From: Octopus bimaculoides
Lineage: Eukaryota
Length of the DNA stretch: 64,000 nt
Assembly: GCF_001194135.2 (NCBI RefSeq)
Contig: NC_069004.1
Location: 31,255,360 to 31,319,359, forward strand
Direction of reading: 5' to 3'
Numbering within the stretch: the first letter of the stretch is position 1; each line of letters starts with the position of its first letter. A program made the position numbers and the translations under genes. The notes below the pieces were generated by a model that worked only from the letters and a program-made list of their open reading frames with translations, had not been told where the DNA came from and ran no database searches. Positions 46,832-60,624 of the stretch are shown piece by piece.

Positions 46832-47010
46832 CTGAAAAGAGAGAAAAAGAGGAAGAGAGTCAAAATGGAGGATTGAGGGAGTAATTAAAATACACACAAG
46901 ACGACATAATAAAAGTAAAAAAGAGAGAGAAGGGGAAATAGTGTCAGTGTGCATGTGGGGGGTCTCTCACACACACACAGTATATATATAAAGAGAAAAA
47001 GTACACTTAT

Positions 47011-47042
<32 letters not shown>

Positions 47043-47922
47043 NNNNNNNNNNNNNNNNNNNNNNNNNNNNNNNNNNNNNNNNNNNNNNNNNNNNNNNNNN
47101 NNNNNNNNNNNNNNNNNNNNNNNNNNNNNNNNNNNNNNNNNNNNNNNNNNNNNNNNNNNNNNNNNNNNNNNNNNNNNNNNNNNNNNNNNNNNNNNNNNNN
47201 NNNNNNNNNNNNNNNNNNNNNNNNNNNNNNNNNNNNNNNNNNNNNNNNNNNNNNNNNNNNNNNNNNNNNNNNNNNNNNNNNNNNNNNNNNNNNNNNNNNN
47301 NNNNNNNNNNNNNNNNNNNNNNNNNNNNNNNNNNNNNNNNNNNNNNNNNNNNNNNNNNNNNNNNNNNNNNNNNNNNNNNNNNNNNNNNNNNNNNNNNNNN
47401 NNNNNNNNNNNNNNNNNNNNNNNNNNNNNNNNNNNNNNNNNNNNNNNNNNNNNNNNNNNNNNNNNNNNNNNNNNNNNNNNNNNNNNNNNNNNNNNNNNNN
47501 NNNNNNNNNNNNNNNNNNNNNNNNNNNNNNNNNNNNNNNNNNNNNNNNNNNNNNNNNNNNNNNNNNNNNNNNNNNNNNNNNNNNNNNNNNNNNNNNNNNN
47601 NNNNNNNNNNNNNNNNNNNNNNNNNNNNNNNNNNNNNNNNNNNNNNNNNNNNNNNNNNNNNNNNNNNNNNNNNNNNNNNNNNNNNNNNNNNNNNNNNNNN
47701 NNNNNNNNNNNNNNNNNNNNNNNNNNNNNNNNNNNNNNNNNNNNNNNNNNNNNNNNNNNNNNNNNNNNNNNNNNNNNNNNNNNNNNNNNNNNNNNNNNNN
47801 NNNNNNNNNNNNNNNNNNNNNNNNNNNNNNNNNNNNNNNNNNNNNNNNNNNNNNNNNNNNNNNNNNNNNNNNNNNNNNNNNNNNNNNNNNNNNNNNNNNN
47901 NNNNNNNNNNNNNNNNNNNNNN

Positions 47923-47992
<70 letters not shown>

Positions 47993-49060
47993 ATATATAC
48001 ACACACAGAGATATCAAACAGGATTTGAGATTAAATAAAAAGCACTGAGATAAATAATACAAAGAAATCAGTTTAAAAAAATATTGTCATTCTTCAATGT
48101 CAAACAAGATTACTTTATCTGAGTGTGTGTGTGGGGGGGATATACAGGGTCTAAGCAACATTCTTGTAATGGTTTTGTTACAAAAAAAGCGAGGATAAGT
48201 CCTAATATAGCTTTACAAGGCATTTGAATCCGGTAATAAACGAGGGAAAGACTTGACTCAGATGATTCCAACAGTATTGATGCAACTCAAAGTACTCTGT
48301 CCTTTCCTCGTTGAAAGTTCTAGTGCTAAACTGAGTAATGGATTTAAGCCTATCAGGCTACACCCTATATAGTCTCCAGAAATGCGATTTCTAGAACAAA
48401 TGAGTCAAAACTCGTCAAAGCTAATTATAGCCAAAGGTCACTTATATAATGAAAATCATGGTCATTGTCTGCCCGAAAACAAGCACAAGAAGTGGTTTCC
48501 GCTGTACTTGTTATCCTGTGAAGGAAATGCTGACTTACAATGAGTCAGAGGTAATGGATTCCCCAAAGACTATTCTATAGAGAATTGTCAGCTGTTTTTG
48601 TATCAGGGACAGGTTTCACACAAAACAATTTCCCCATGGACTGGTGGGGGGGGGTGGAGGTCAAGTGCACAACAACACACAAAAAAGCACATAACACAAT
48701 TGAAATATAACATATATATTATATATAAAATAGATATATGTTACTTGTATAAAGCAAAAGCAACCTACAGACTGTGATAGCCAATTATATAGAAATGAAA
48801 CCTTAAAAGTTATTCTTTCCATGCAGCTTGGTACCAACTGATCACACAATACAATACACAATATATTATTTAATTATTACATATATATTACATACAAATA
48901 ACACAGTAACATTCTGCAGACCATGATAGTCAATAGAATTGAAGTTCATTCTTTCTCTGCAGTGCAGCCCAGTATAAAATGGTCACACAAAGTGCATAAT
49001 ATATAATTTAATTATTACATAAATAATACATATAAATTACATATATATTATACATATATA

Positions 49061-49452
49061 GGCGCAGGAGTGGCTGTGTGGTAAGTAGCTTGCTTACCAA
49101 CCACATGGTTCCAGGTTCAGTTCCACTGTGTGGCACCTTGGGCAAGTGTCTTCTACTAAAAGCCTCGGGCCAACCAAAGCATTGTGAGTGGATTTGGTAG
49201 ACGGAAACTGAAAGAAGCCCGTCATATATATGTATATGTATATATATGTGTGTGTTTGTGTGTCTGTCCCCTCAACATCGCTTGACAACCGATGCTGGTG
49301 TGTTTACATCCCTGTAAGTTAGCGGTTCGGCAAAAGAGACTGACAGAATAAGTACTAGGCTTACAAAGAATAAGTCCTGGGGTCGATTTGCTCAACTAAA
49401 GGCGGTGCTCCAGCATGGCCGCAGTCAAATGACTGAAACAAGTAAAAGAGTA
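49061..49452 (+). mobile_element. tRNA-derived CORE-type SINE family A, full-length copy. Others: 1255-1640(-), 4565-4715, 7310-7610, 39770-39920, 50620-50790(-), 54485-54850, 57270-57440, 58950-59260, 62835-63270
   Basis: GGCGCAGGAGTGGCTGTGTGGTAAG (A box), GGTTCAGTTCC (B box), CCTTGGGCAAGTGTCTT core-like block; many near-identical copies. Octopus CORE-SINEs OR1/OR2 are known, but the exact assignment is unverified. Confidence 0.9.
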
Positions 49453-50274
49453 TATATTACATATATAATACAAATATAATGTAAAAACAGGCTGAAGACT
49501 GTGATAGCCAGAGCGTGGCCGTTGCCAGTACCGTGTGACTGGCCCTCGTTTCGTAGCAACATTATATGGGTACATTAAACCTGCCGACGTAATAATCTGT
49601 CAATATGCAATTAGACTTACCCTAGCTTAGGGGTCTGTCACTAGCTATTTCGGGTCCTATTGTCAGTACTACTTCTCTCTTGAACTAAGCTCGGTCGTAT
49701 GTCACAGCTTAAATTCATTAAGGACCCAAGCAAGGGAACGGGTTCTTTAAGTTGTCAGAGATCCCTCACGCACAAAATCACGATAGGAAGAGCAGTATTC
49801 TACTACACAAATGAATTAATATGCAGTTAACGTTTTGTAAAATGTCAAAGTTAACTCCGTTACGACAATTTTGTAAACAAACACACGCTCAGTTAAATAC
49901 AACCCACTTGTAACAACACGAGCAGAGTATAGCAGCATACACAACACCAGTGACAATTCACAGGGACGTGTTCGATATCTGGTGGATGGGTTTACTATGT
50001 TAGTTTAGGCTGCAGACGATCGAAGGACCGTGGATGCTCGCCAAGAAAAATAATAATAATGAAAAAAAGGGGGAGACAACGCAAAACGAGAGATGTTTCC
50101 TTTACATCGTATCTATATGAACACGTGATGAAATAGATTTAAAGACCCTAAAAAAATCTATATAAATGTCTTATGCAATGTTTTCATGTAACCCTAACCA
50201 CCAGGTAACTCTAACCACCGGGTGTACGTATTCTTTACTTTCCCCCTTTTCATGTTATATGAATGAATCTAGAA

Positions 50275-50422
50275 CAGTGGTCCCCAATTTGTGGTCCGGA
50301 AAGGTAGTACTGGGGGGTCCGTAAACATGTTAAGCTGGCAGGCTTTTCAATATCCTGGGGTCCGTGGGAAAACCCATTTAAATCAAAGGGGTCCTTGGTA
50401 GTAAAAAGGTTGGGAACCACTG
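50275..50422. mobile_element. hAT (Charlie-like) MITE
   Basis: TIRs CAGTGGTCCCCAA and TTGGGAACCACTG; flanks atctagaa and ttcgagga resemble a decayed 8-bp NTCTAGAN target duplication. Confidence 0.75.
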
Positions 50423-50438
50423 TTCGAGGATTTCACCA

Positions 50439-50452
50439 ACGTCACTTCCGGT
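50439..50452 (-). promoter_or_regulatory. Overlapping ETS + half-CRE motif (CCGGAAGTGACGT) in a CpG-rich region upstream of SPATA2/Tamo
   Basis: Plus strand reads acgtcacttccggt; 49500-50800 has visibly more CpG than the gene bodies. Confidence 0.4.
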
Positions 50453-51480
50453 TTCTATTTTTTCAGCAAAGGTCGGCAAACCCCTCATAATACTGAGTCT
50501 TTCAGAGAATCATGGATAACTTAACACAGCCACCCCAACTAATTGTCAAAATTTCTAAAATAAAATTAAGAAGCATAACAAAAAAAAAAAATAATAAATT
50601 CTTGATTTCAATGTAATTATTCTTTCGTTCTATCTTTTACTTGTTTCAGTTATTAGACTGCTGCCATGCTGGGGCACCGCCTCGAAGAATTTTAGTGGAA
50701 CGAATCGACCCCAGTACTTATTCTATCTTTTTTCTTTTTCTTTTTACCAAACTGCTATCTTACGGGGACGTAAATACACCAACACCGGTATGTGTCATTA
50801 GCGATTTTTAATTAAAAAATTTAAAAAATTAATGAACCCTTTCATGGACTCGTTGACAACTTATTGACATCCACCGTTTAAATTTCCAAAATAAAATGAA
50901 ATAAAATAATTTCTTTCATTTAAAAACTTCAGCCCCTTCGTTCTTTTAGTTTAATTACCATTTTTTACTAAGAAAAAACATTTAAAGAAATCTAATGAAA
51001 ATAACGAAACTGCTAAAGAACCATAGACATTCAGTGATATTACATTTATATAGTTAGAATATCAATCCCGTAGTGCCCCCCACCACGAATGGCCAATAAC
51101 TGACCACTTTGTCCTACAGGACACCTCTCAAAGACAGAGGAGATTCCATAATTCTCCTTCACACTCCCACCTTTCACTTGTTTCAGTCTTGGCCAAGCTT
51201 GGAGCGCACCGCCTCGAACGTTTTTAGTTGAACAGATCGACTCCTACCCACCACCCCAGTATTTATCCTATCGGTCACTTTCGTAGAGGGAACGTAAACA
51301 AACCAACACCGATTGTCAAGCGGTGGTGGTTGGCGGAGGTTAGAGTGGGGGCTCGGCCCAGGGCCGTAATAGTAAACACCTGCCCAAAGTACCTGTTGCG
51401 GGGGAACTGAACTCGAAATTACATGGTCGCTGAGCGAGCTTTACCACACAGCCATAATTGTGCCGGGCAAAAAAAAAAAT

Positions 51481-52154
51481 TGGCACTATCATGCTATTAG
51501 CTGTCAGAAGTGAAAGTGCTCACTGCTAGTGAAGTATCTGTCTGTTTGCCTGCATGCCTGTTGCTGGCCTGTCGATTCTTTGGCTACTGACAGCTAATAC
51601 CATGACTGGCCGGAGCGAGCTATATGTCTGTCTGTCTGTCTGTCTCTCTCTATCTATCTATCTATTACTCGAAAGTTATTGGAACAAATTTGACACCTAT
51701 ATCCATGCGTTTGAAAACACAGAGTATAAGGGTNNNNNNNNNNNNNNNNNNNNNNNNNNNNNNNNNNNNNNNNNNNNNTATATTTTAAATAATTTGCAAT
51801 TTCAGGAAATATGTTTTTATATTAAATTTGTGTTTTCTAATAAGGTGGACGAGTGATAGATAGATAGATAGTAGATAGATATCAGTAAGTAAGTAAGCCA
51901 AAGTATCAACTCAAACCAGCAGGCAGACAGACAGACGGATATAGGTGTCAAATTTGTTCCAATAACTTTCGAGTAATAGATAGATAGATAGATCGAGAGA
52001 CAGACAGACAGACAGACATATAGCTCGCTCCGGCCAGTCATGGTATTAGCTGTCAGTAGCCAAAGAATCGACAGGCCAGCAACAGGCAGACAGACAGATA
52101 CTTCACTAGCAGTGAGCACTTTCACTTCTGACAGCTAATAGCATGATAGTGCCA
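51481..52154. repeat. Long inverted repeat (arms 51481-51704 and 51937-52154) around an N gap
   Basis: Arms are near-exact reverse complements apart from microsatellite length. Confidence 0.85.
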
Positions 52155-55052
52155 AAAAAATAAAATAAAATAAAATAAAATATATATAAAAATAGCAAGA
52201 TTTTCGAAGTTTTCATACTTCGAGCCATACCTTGACGAACGCAAAATGCAAGGAGTCAGAGTTAATTGCAGTGTTTCTTTGAATGAAGTTTGCCCAACAC
52301 TGTGTTCAGCAACAACGTGGGTATGAGACATGGCCACCCACACTTGCGATATACAACAAAAGCAGCTGACACATACAAGAATTTCACTCACCTACGCTTA
52401 AATTTCAATAACTTATGTTGCCCGTAATGGGAGAGGCACTTAGGTTAATTCAATAATTGAATGATTCATTACAAATTCATAAGGGATGGACGATTGAAGG
52501 CATTGATATAATCGAACGAAATTCATGACTGGAATATTAAATAATAGATCGAATGACCGCGGTAGAGGTTTGTTGTAGATTCACGTGTTGTTTACACCAA
52601 ATACGCACATGTTCTGCTGTGGAAGACGTCTCGTTTGCTTTTATATATGATGAAATCGTTCGGCTTCTTGAATGAAGTATAATTTGGCAATCTTTCAAAG
52701 TAAGTCTAGGATACTGAAAAGTATTTGTTCGGCAATTTACCTAAAAATAATTTCGGCGGAATTCTTCTTTAAGCACCCCATAACAATCCCTTGTAAACCT
52801 TTTAATTTTGGGGGAAATTTCAGAAAATTTTTGCGAATTTGCGTTCTGTACACGGGAATTCATGCGATTATGCAACAAAATTTTTTTACCAGTCTCACCC
52901 CTCCGTAAATCCTAAAATTCCCACATGTTTTTGAAGATATTCTTTATGAATCTTTTTTTTAATCAGAGTTTAAAATACGGACAGTACAAAGCTGTTGTTT
53001 GTTTTTGTTTATAATTTCAAAATAATTTTTGAAATCCAAATTCAAAAAGCTAAAAATATTCGCGCATACACATGGCTTATTACGGATTCTGGAAAAAGCC
53101 ACACTATGTATCCGGTCGTAACTATTTTTATTTTTTTGGTATTTTTACAATCTTTTTTTTTTTTTTGCGAAATTTGTGTTCAGCACTTTTTGGTTATCTA
53201 ACCCCCATTAAAAAAATTGGGTTATCTTCCCATTAGAAAATCGAGTTAATGTGGCGACAAGAGATCAGATTAAAAGAGTTCGATCCTTTTGATTCAATAC
53301 TTCAACACATTGTTGACTTTTGGCCCCTTAAATAGAAATGGAATGATTTGTTATAAAAATATTATCAGATTCATTAAGATTCTTAAATTNNNNNNNNNNN
53401 NNNNNNNNNNNNNNNNNNNNNNNNNNNNNNNNNNNNNNNNNNNNNNNNNNNNNNNNNNNNNNNNNNNNNNNNNNNNNNNNNNNNNNNNNNNNNNNNNNNN
53501 NNNNNNNNNNNNNNNNNNNNNNNNNNNNNNNNNNNNNNNNNNNNNNNNNNNNNNNNNNNNNNNNNNNNNNNNNNNNNNNNNNNNNNNNNNNNNNNNNNNN
53601 NNNNNNNNNNNNNNNNNNNNNNNNNNNNNNNNNNNNNNNNNNNNNNNNNNNNNNNNNNNNNAAAAAAGGGGTGGGGAAACCGGACCCCTCGTTGTCCCGG
53701 AATCATTGGAAATTGTTTTTTATCGTTGAATGAATTCCGGTGACCTAATTACATATATTTACAAAACCCTTTTTGGGGTCAAAAAAAACGGGGTAGGGTG
53801 GAAGCTTTTGAAATTTCACCCCCCACTCCCTTTGCCGGGCAAAATGCTTAGCAGTATTTCGTCTGCTGTTACGTTCTGAGTTCAAATTCCACTGAGGTCG
53901 ACTTTGCCTTAAATACCAGTTACACACTGGGGCCGATGTAATCGACTTAACCCCTTTGTCTGTCCTTGTTTGTCCCCCCTATGTTTAGCCCCCTTGTGGG
54001 CAATAAAGAAATAAGAAACTGAAAGAAACATACCCCACCACCACACACATACCTATCTTGTTTGTACAGGTAGATGTGTGGCTACCATTGCTTGAGTTAG
54101 AGCAAGGGTTTTCAGCCAGATTTTATCTATGGACCACAGGCCAGGTGTTGAAGGGATCACAAAGTAACACAAGATGAAGTATTTTGCTCAAGAACACAAC
54201 ACACCAACCTGGTCTAGGAACTGAAACCACTATCTCACGATGGTGAGTGCAGCACCTTAACGACTAGGCCAATCCTAGTTAAAAAGAATTTCCACATTAG
54301 CCAGAAGGTAGGGGAAAATGATAAGAATAAAATGTGTTTTTCCAGTTAATTAATTTACCTGGAAAATCATTAAAGCTGAATGATTACAAAAAACCTCTTC
54401 AAAGTCCACAATTACAAACCGGTTACGGAATTTACTGGAATGTAAAAAGGAAAAGTGCACATCCTTTTCTCACACACGCGTCTGTCTGTATGGTAAACAG
54501 CCTGCTTCCCAACTACATGGTTCCAGGTTCAGTCCCACTGTGTGGCACCTTTGGCAGATGTATTCTACTATAGCCCCAGGCCAACCAAAGCCTTGTGAGT
54601 GGATTTTGTAGACGGAAACTGAAAGAAGCCCATCATGTGTGTGTGGGGGTATTCGTGTGTCTGTGTTTGTTCCCCCACCATCGTTTGACAACCAGTGATG
54701 TTGTGTTTACGTCCCCATAATTTAGCAGTTCGGCAAAAGAGAGCGATAAAATAAGTACTAGGCTTACAAAGAATAAGCCCCAGGGTTGATTTGTTCGACT
54801 GAAGTTAGTGCTCCAGCACAGCCAGTCAAATAACTGAAACAAGTGAACAAAAAATAAACAAATAAAAAGATGCCAGTCAAAATGTTTGGCAGCATTTCAT
54901 CTGTCTTTAGATTCTCAGTTCAAATTCCACCAGGGTCGGACTTGTTCATTCTTTTGGGGGTTGATAAAAATACCAGTCAAGCAGATGGTTTGATGTAATC
55001 AACTAGTCGCTTCCCACCAAAAATTTCAAGCCTTGTGTCTATAGTAGAAAGG

Positions 55053-55094
<42 letters not shown>

Positions 55095-57120
55095 GAGTGA
55101 GAGAGCAATGCATGCCATCAAAGTGACACCGGAGCAAAACGCACCAACATACCTGTCATGATTACCCATCTGATAAGAGTACATCAGGTACGTGCATCAC
55201 AACCATATGTGCATGACACGGTGATCTCATATCAAGATAAACAGCACAACTTTGCAGGTTGGGCCCAGTTAGAATTCCCTTCAGATGAAGTAGCCCATCC
55301 TGCCCAATGTAATCGGCTAACCCCATCTCCCAAATTTCCAGGCCTTCTGCATTTAGTAGAAAGAATCATTATCGTTTTTTCAGTTTTATTGCTACTACTA
55401 CTAAGACTACTAGAACAGCATTCCTCTCATATCAATATTTAATGGATTAGTTCACATAAAACACACAAAACTGGGAAGTTAAAATAAAGCTAAAAAAAAA
55501 CAAAAACATTTTGACTGAATTTCAGGATATTGCTAAATAAAGAGGTGGTGGAGGTGGAGATGAGAAGTTAAGAAAAACCCCGGGTACTTGTTTATTCCGT
55601 TTCAGAAAGCACAACAACAGCAGTCACACTCCTATTTCCTCATCCGCTTCTCTCCCCACCCCAAAAAAGACACTAACAGCGAAAGAAGGAATCTATACTC
55701 CCATATGTCCCTCGAGTTGGATGGCACACCCATCAAAGTTATGCAGATGGTACCGGATGTCACCGATAGTTTACATGCATGCATACACACACACACAAAC
55801 ATATATTATATATATTTTAATTTATGTATATATTAATATTATCTTGGTTGAAAAACTTCGATAATGCAAATATGTTAATAGTTACCAGGGTAGCAAAAAT
55901 CACACAAAAAAAACTGGGATATCATACCCGGTTAATAGGTAGAAATTCCATGTTAAAGTGATGTATTTTGAGTAGATATAAAGAATAATAATAAATAGAC
56001 CATTATTATTATTATTATTATTATTTTTNNNNNNNNNNNNNNNNNNNNNNNNNNNNNNNNNNNNNNNNNNNNNNNNNNNNNNNNNNNNNNNNNNNNNNNN
56101 NNNNNNNNNNNNNNNNNNNNNNNNNNNNNNNNNNNNNNNNNNNNNNNNNNNNNNNNNNNNNNNNNNNNNNNNNNNNNNNNNNNNNNNNNNNNNNNNNNNN
56201 NNNNNNNNNNNNNNNNNNNNNNNNNNNNNNNNNNNNNNNNNNNNNNNNNNNNNNNNNNNNNNNNNNNNNNNNNNNNNNNNNNNNNNNNNNNNNNNNNNNN
56301 NNNNNNNNNNNNNNNNNNNNNNNNNNNNNNNNNNNNNNNNNNNNNNNNNNNNNNNNNNNNNNNNNNNNNNNNNNNNNNNNNNNNNNNNNNNNNNNNNNNN
56401 NNNNNNNNNNNNNNNNNNNNNNNNNNNNNNNNNNNNNNNNNNNNNNNNNNNNNNNNNNNNNNNNNNNNNNNNNNNNNNNNNNNNNNNNNNNNNNNNNNNN
56501 NNNNNNNNNNNNNNNNNNNNNNNNNNNNNNNNNNNNNNNNNNNNNNNNNNNNNNNNNNNNNNNNNNNNNNNNNNNNNNNNNNNNNNNNNNNNNNNNNNNN
56601 NNNNNNNNNNNNNNNNNNNTGTTTCGATTCCCAGACCGGGCGTTGTGAGTGTTTATTGAGCGAAAACACCTAAAGCTCCACGAGGCTCCGGCAGGGGATG
56701 GTGGCAAACCCTGCTGTACTCTTTCACCACAACTTTCTCTCACTCTTACTTCCTGTTTCTGTTGTGCCTGTAATTCAAAGGGTCAGCCTTGTCACACTGT
56801 GTCACGCTAAATATCCCCGAGAACTACGTTAAGGGTACACGTGCCTGTGGAGTGCTCAGCCACCTGCACATTAATTTCACGAGCAGGCTGTTCCGTTGAT
56901 CGGATCAACTGGAACCCTCGACATCGTAAGCGACGGAGTGCCAACACACAACACACAATGTACAAGTATAAAGAAAAAATTAAAGGAAAAAGGACTCATT
57001 ATATTGAATGTTATCGATAACATGGAGCGGAAATAAGGGGTACTGCAGTTCCTCAGTGCCTATACATGAGTCACCACATGCATTCCTCCACTTATTTATG
57101 CTCACTGTTTAGAATTAACC

Positions 57121-57280
57121 ATACACAGGTGCAGGTAAGGGTGTGTGCACAAGTGCAGGCATGACTGTGGGCACAGGCACAGGCGTGGCTGAATGCATAG
57201 GTGCAGGTGTGGTTGAGTGCATAGGTGCAGATGTGGCCGAGTGCATAGGTATAGACGCAGCTGAGTACATAGGCGCAGGC
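57121..57280 (+). repeat. About 24-bp minisatellite (gcataggtgcaggtgtggttgagt-like)
   Basis: About 6 degenerate units running directly into the family A SINE head at 57270. Confidence 0.75.
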
Positions 57281-60200
57281 ATGGTTTCATGGTAAGAAGC
57301 TTGCTTCCCGACCACATGGTTCCAGGTTCAGTCCCACTGCGTGGCACCTTGGGCAAGCGTCTTCTACTATAGCCTCAGGTCGACCAAAGCCTTGTGAATG
57401 GATTTGGTAGATGGAAACTGAAAGAAACCCATCCTGTGTGTGTGTGTGTGATCACCCCTTGCTAACCGGTGTTGACGGTTTAAGATGAATTTTTGATGTA
57501 CATTGGAAAAAGTTTTTCTCTAGAGTTCTATAGTTGTTTTGTTTTAACCTATATTCACTTTAACCCCAAAAGTAAAAAATACCCAAATTTGGGTCTTCTT
57601 TTTCCTACCCCTCCACCGTGAATATAGGAGTAAGTTATTCCAAATCTAAGCATGATTCTGCAGGTTCTATCTAATAGAGAAAATAGCACCAGGAGCCATC
57701 TTACCAGTGAGCCACTGTACCAATGGGATGCTACTAGTCCTGCATAAATTACATCAAGGTACCACACTTAACAACATGAAAGGACACAAGAGAGAAAGAG
57801 AAAGTGAGAAAGTAACAGTCTTACATACCCCTATAGAACAGAATGGTCACACTTGGAATGCCATTCATAAGTCAACTTGATCAAGGCTGACCTTGAGCTT
57901 AACATCACATTAATAGGTCCACTGTCTTGTTCAAAGAGCTACACCAACCCTGTATTGTCTATAGTATCCAAGGATTCCAGTTAACTGATCTTACAAGAGT
58001 TATATCCCTTGCTTTTCTGTTTCTTCGTTTATTTTCAGATCTTTAAAAATCGCCAAGGGGTACTTTTCTCAGCAGCTCCAGTTTTTTCAACTCACTACGT
58101 TATGGGCACACTACTGTATTTATACTGTCTATATGACCAAACATTTCACAAGCAATATTTCTTTTCAGTCATAACACGCATTATATCCTGTTACATCTGA
58201 ATCGATGTGTAACAAGAGCATAATTAGAAACCAATTAACTCCCAGCAGCCAAGAAAAAAAAAAAAAATGTTCAGTATAACAGCTTGGTTACTATTAATAA
58301 TTTTATAATTAGTTCCTTGAACTGGTGGAATCATTAACACACCAGATGAAATGCTTTGTAGTATTTCGTCTGCCGCTAAGTTCTGAGTTCAAATTTCGCT
58401 GAGGTCAACTTGCCTTTCATCCTTTCAGGGTCAATGAAATAAGTACCAGTTGCGTACTGGGGGTCAATGTAATCAACTGTACCCCTCCCCTAAAAATTAA
58501 AGTTTTGTGCCCATAACAAAAAAGATTATTTCTACAACTAACTTACGTATCATTTCAATANNNNNNNNNNNNNNNNNNNNNNNNNNNNNNNNNNNNNNNN
58601 NNNNNNNNNNNNNNNNNNNNNNNNNNNNNNNNNNNNNNNNNNNNNNNNNNNNNNNNNNNNNNNNNNNNNNNNNNNNNNNNNNNNNNNNNNNNNNNNNNNN
58701 NNNNNNNNNNNNNNNNNNNNNNNNNNNNNNNNNNNNNNNNNNNNNNNNNNNNNNNNNNNNNNNNNNNNNNNNNNNNNNNNNNNNNNNNNNNNNNNNNNNN
58801 NNNNNNNNNNNNNNNNNNNNNNNNNNNNNNNGAAAGGGAATCTGTTGAATAAAACAATCACGATTAATTGATCCTCCTGTATTTTCTTTTACCCAAAGCC
58901 AGGAACTTTTCCACACCCCATCATATCTATTATTTATATACATGCCCGTGTGTCTTCTGCTATAGCCCTGGGCCAACTATCTTGTGAGTGGATTTGCTAG
59001 ACAGAAACTGAAAGAAGCTCAGAGTGTGTGTGTGTGTTTATGTTTGTCTGTCCCTCCCACCACTTCACAACCAGTGTTGGTTTGTTTACATCCTCATAAC
59101 TTAGCAATTCAACAAATGGGAAAGATAAAATGAATACCAAGCTTTAAGAAAAAATTTTTTTTTTTTTTTTAAATATTAAGTTTGATTTGTTCAACTAAAA
59201 ACTTTTCAAAGTGGTGCCCCAACATGACCAAAACCTAATGACTGAAACAAGTAAAAGATGAAAGATATATATTCCTGTATTCTTAAGTTTCCAAAAAGCA
59301 ATTTATGCATTATATATCATCATCATCATCACTATTGACCGTCTGCTTTTCCATGCCTTTCCTGTTGCCAACCCTTATCCATTTTAAGCAAGGTAATATT
59401 TAACCATGGCCAGTCACAGAAGAGTGGAACCAAACGACATCACTTGTATGATGGTGATGCTTGTTTACAGCAATCTCCTGATGTCAACACAAAGCTACAC
59501 ACACACACACAATGGGCTTCTTTCAGTTCCCTTCTACTGAATCCATTCACAAAGTTGTGGTCAGTTTGGGGCTGTAGTAGAAGACACTTGCTGGTGTGGG
59601 ACTGAACTCAAGACCACATAGTTGGGAAGCAAGCTTCTAAACCCCACAGCCATACCTTGGAGAATAAAATGGGGATTGAATTTTATAAGAATCTGAATCT
59701 GATGGGGATTGAAAAAAGCATGGAAATGGGAGACAAAAAAATTTCGAAAAAAATATTTTTTTTGAATCGTAATTTTCATTGAGATACTATAATATTGTTA
59801 AAAACTAAGAAACCCCACCCCCCAAAAAAACCCCAACTAATTCCATGCTCTTTCCCTCTCCTTATGAGCATCAGAGTAGTTATTGTGTGAGGAGGCATTG
59901 AATGCTTGGAGACCAGGGCAAACATTAGTAATTCAGTCCCACTCACAGCCCATTACCCCAGCCCGACAAAAGCCAGACAAAAGGCTTTCCAAAAGAAGAG
60001 CTTTCAATGTGATGCTAGTCAGACAACAATATTAATTCTATTCTCCTACCAGATCATATGAAATGAGTGATTTTAAGCAGTTTAAACAATAACTTAGATG
60101 AATCAATAAGCCTGTTCTAGATCGTTCTCTAAACTACGATGTCTGGTTGTATAGAGCTCTGTCGACAGACGCTTAACAACAGACTGGTAAACATTTCCAA

Positions 60201-60624
60201 GTCTTTCACTATCTACACTCTCGAAAGTTATTAAATATTTACCTGCTCAGATCAGGTATCATTCAAGTCACAATTCTAGCATTGCTATAAATCACTTTGG
60301 CAATTCTATAAGCCGACCACAAACGCATTAAAAGTTACTCCAAAAAGCTAACACGCAAAAGGGAAAATTACCTTTAAGTGGGGAAGGGGAATGCCAAAAA
60401 CAACAATAAAAGAAAAAAATGAAACTATGTGCACAAATAGATCTTGTATCTTTTGTTTGTTTCAGTCATTAGATTGCAGCCATGCTGAGGCCATCGCCTT
60501 GAAATGCCAGCACTTAGTTTTAAGTCTGGGATTTATTCTATTGGCTTCTTTTCCTGAACTGCTAAGTTACAGGGATAAACAATAGGCACAAGCGTGGCTG
60601 TGTGGCAAGAAGCGACTGAACCGA

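Noticed and set aside
57121-57280. Short spaced repeats as a CRISPR-like array (also 63815-63924, 38560-38640)
   Set aside because: Head-to-tail tandem units with no unique spacers in a eukaryotic context; minisatellites.
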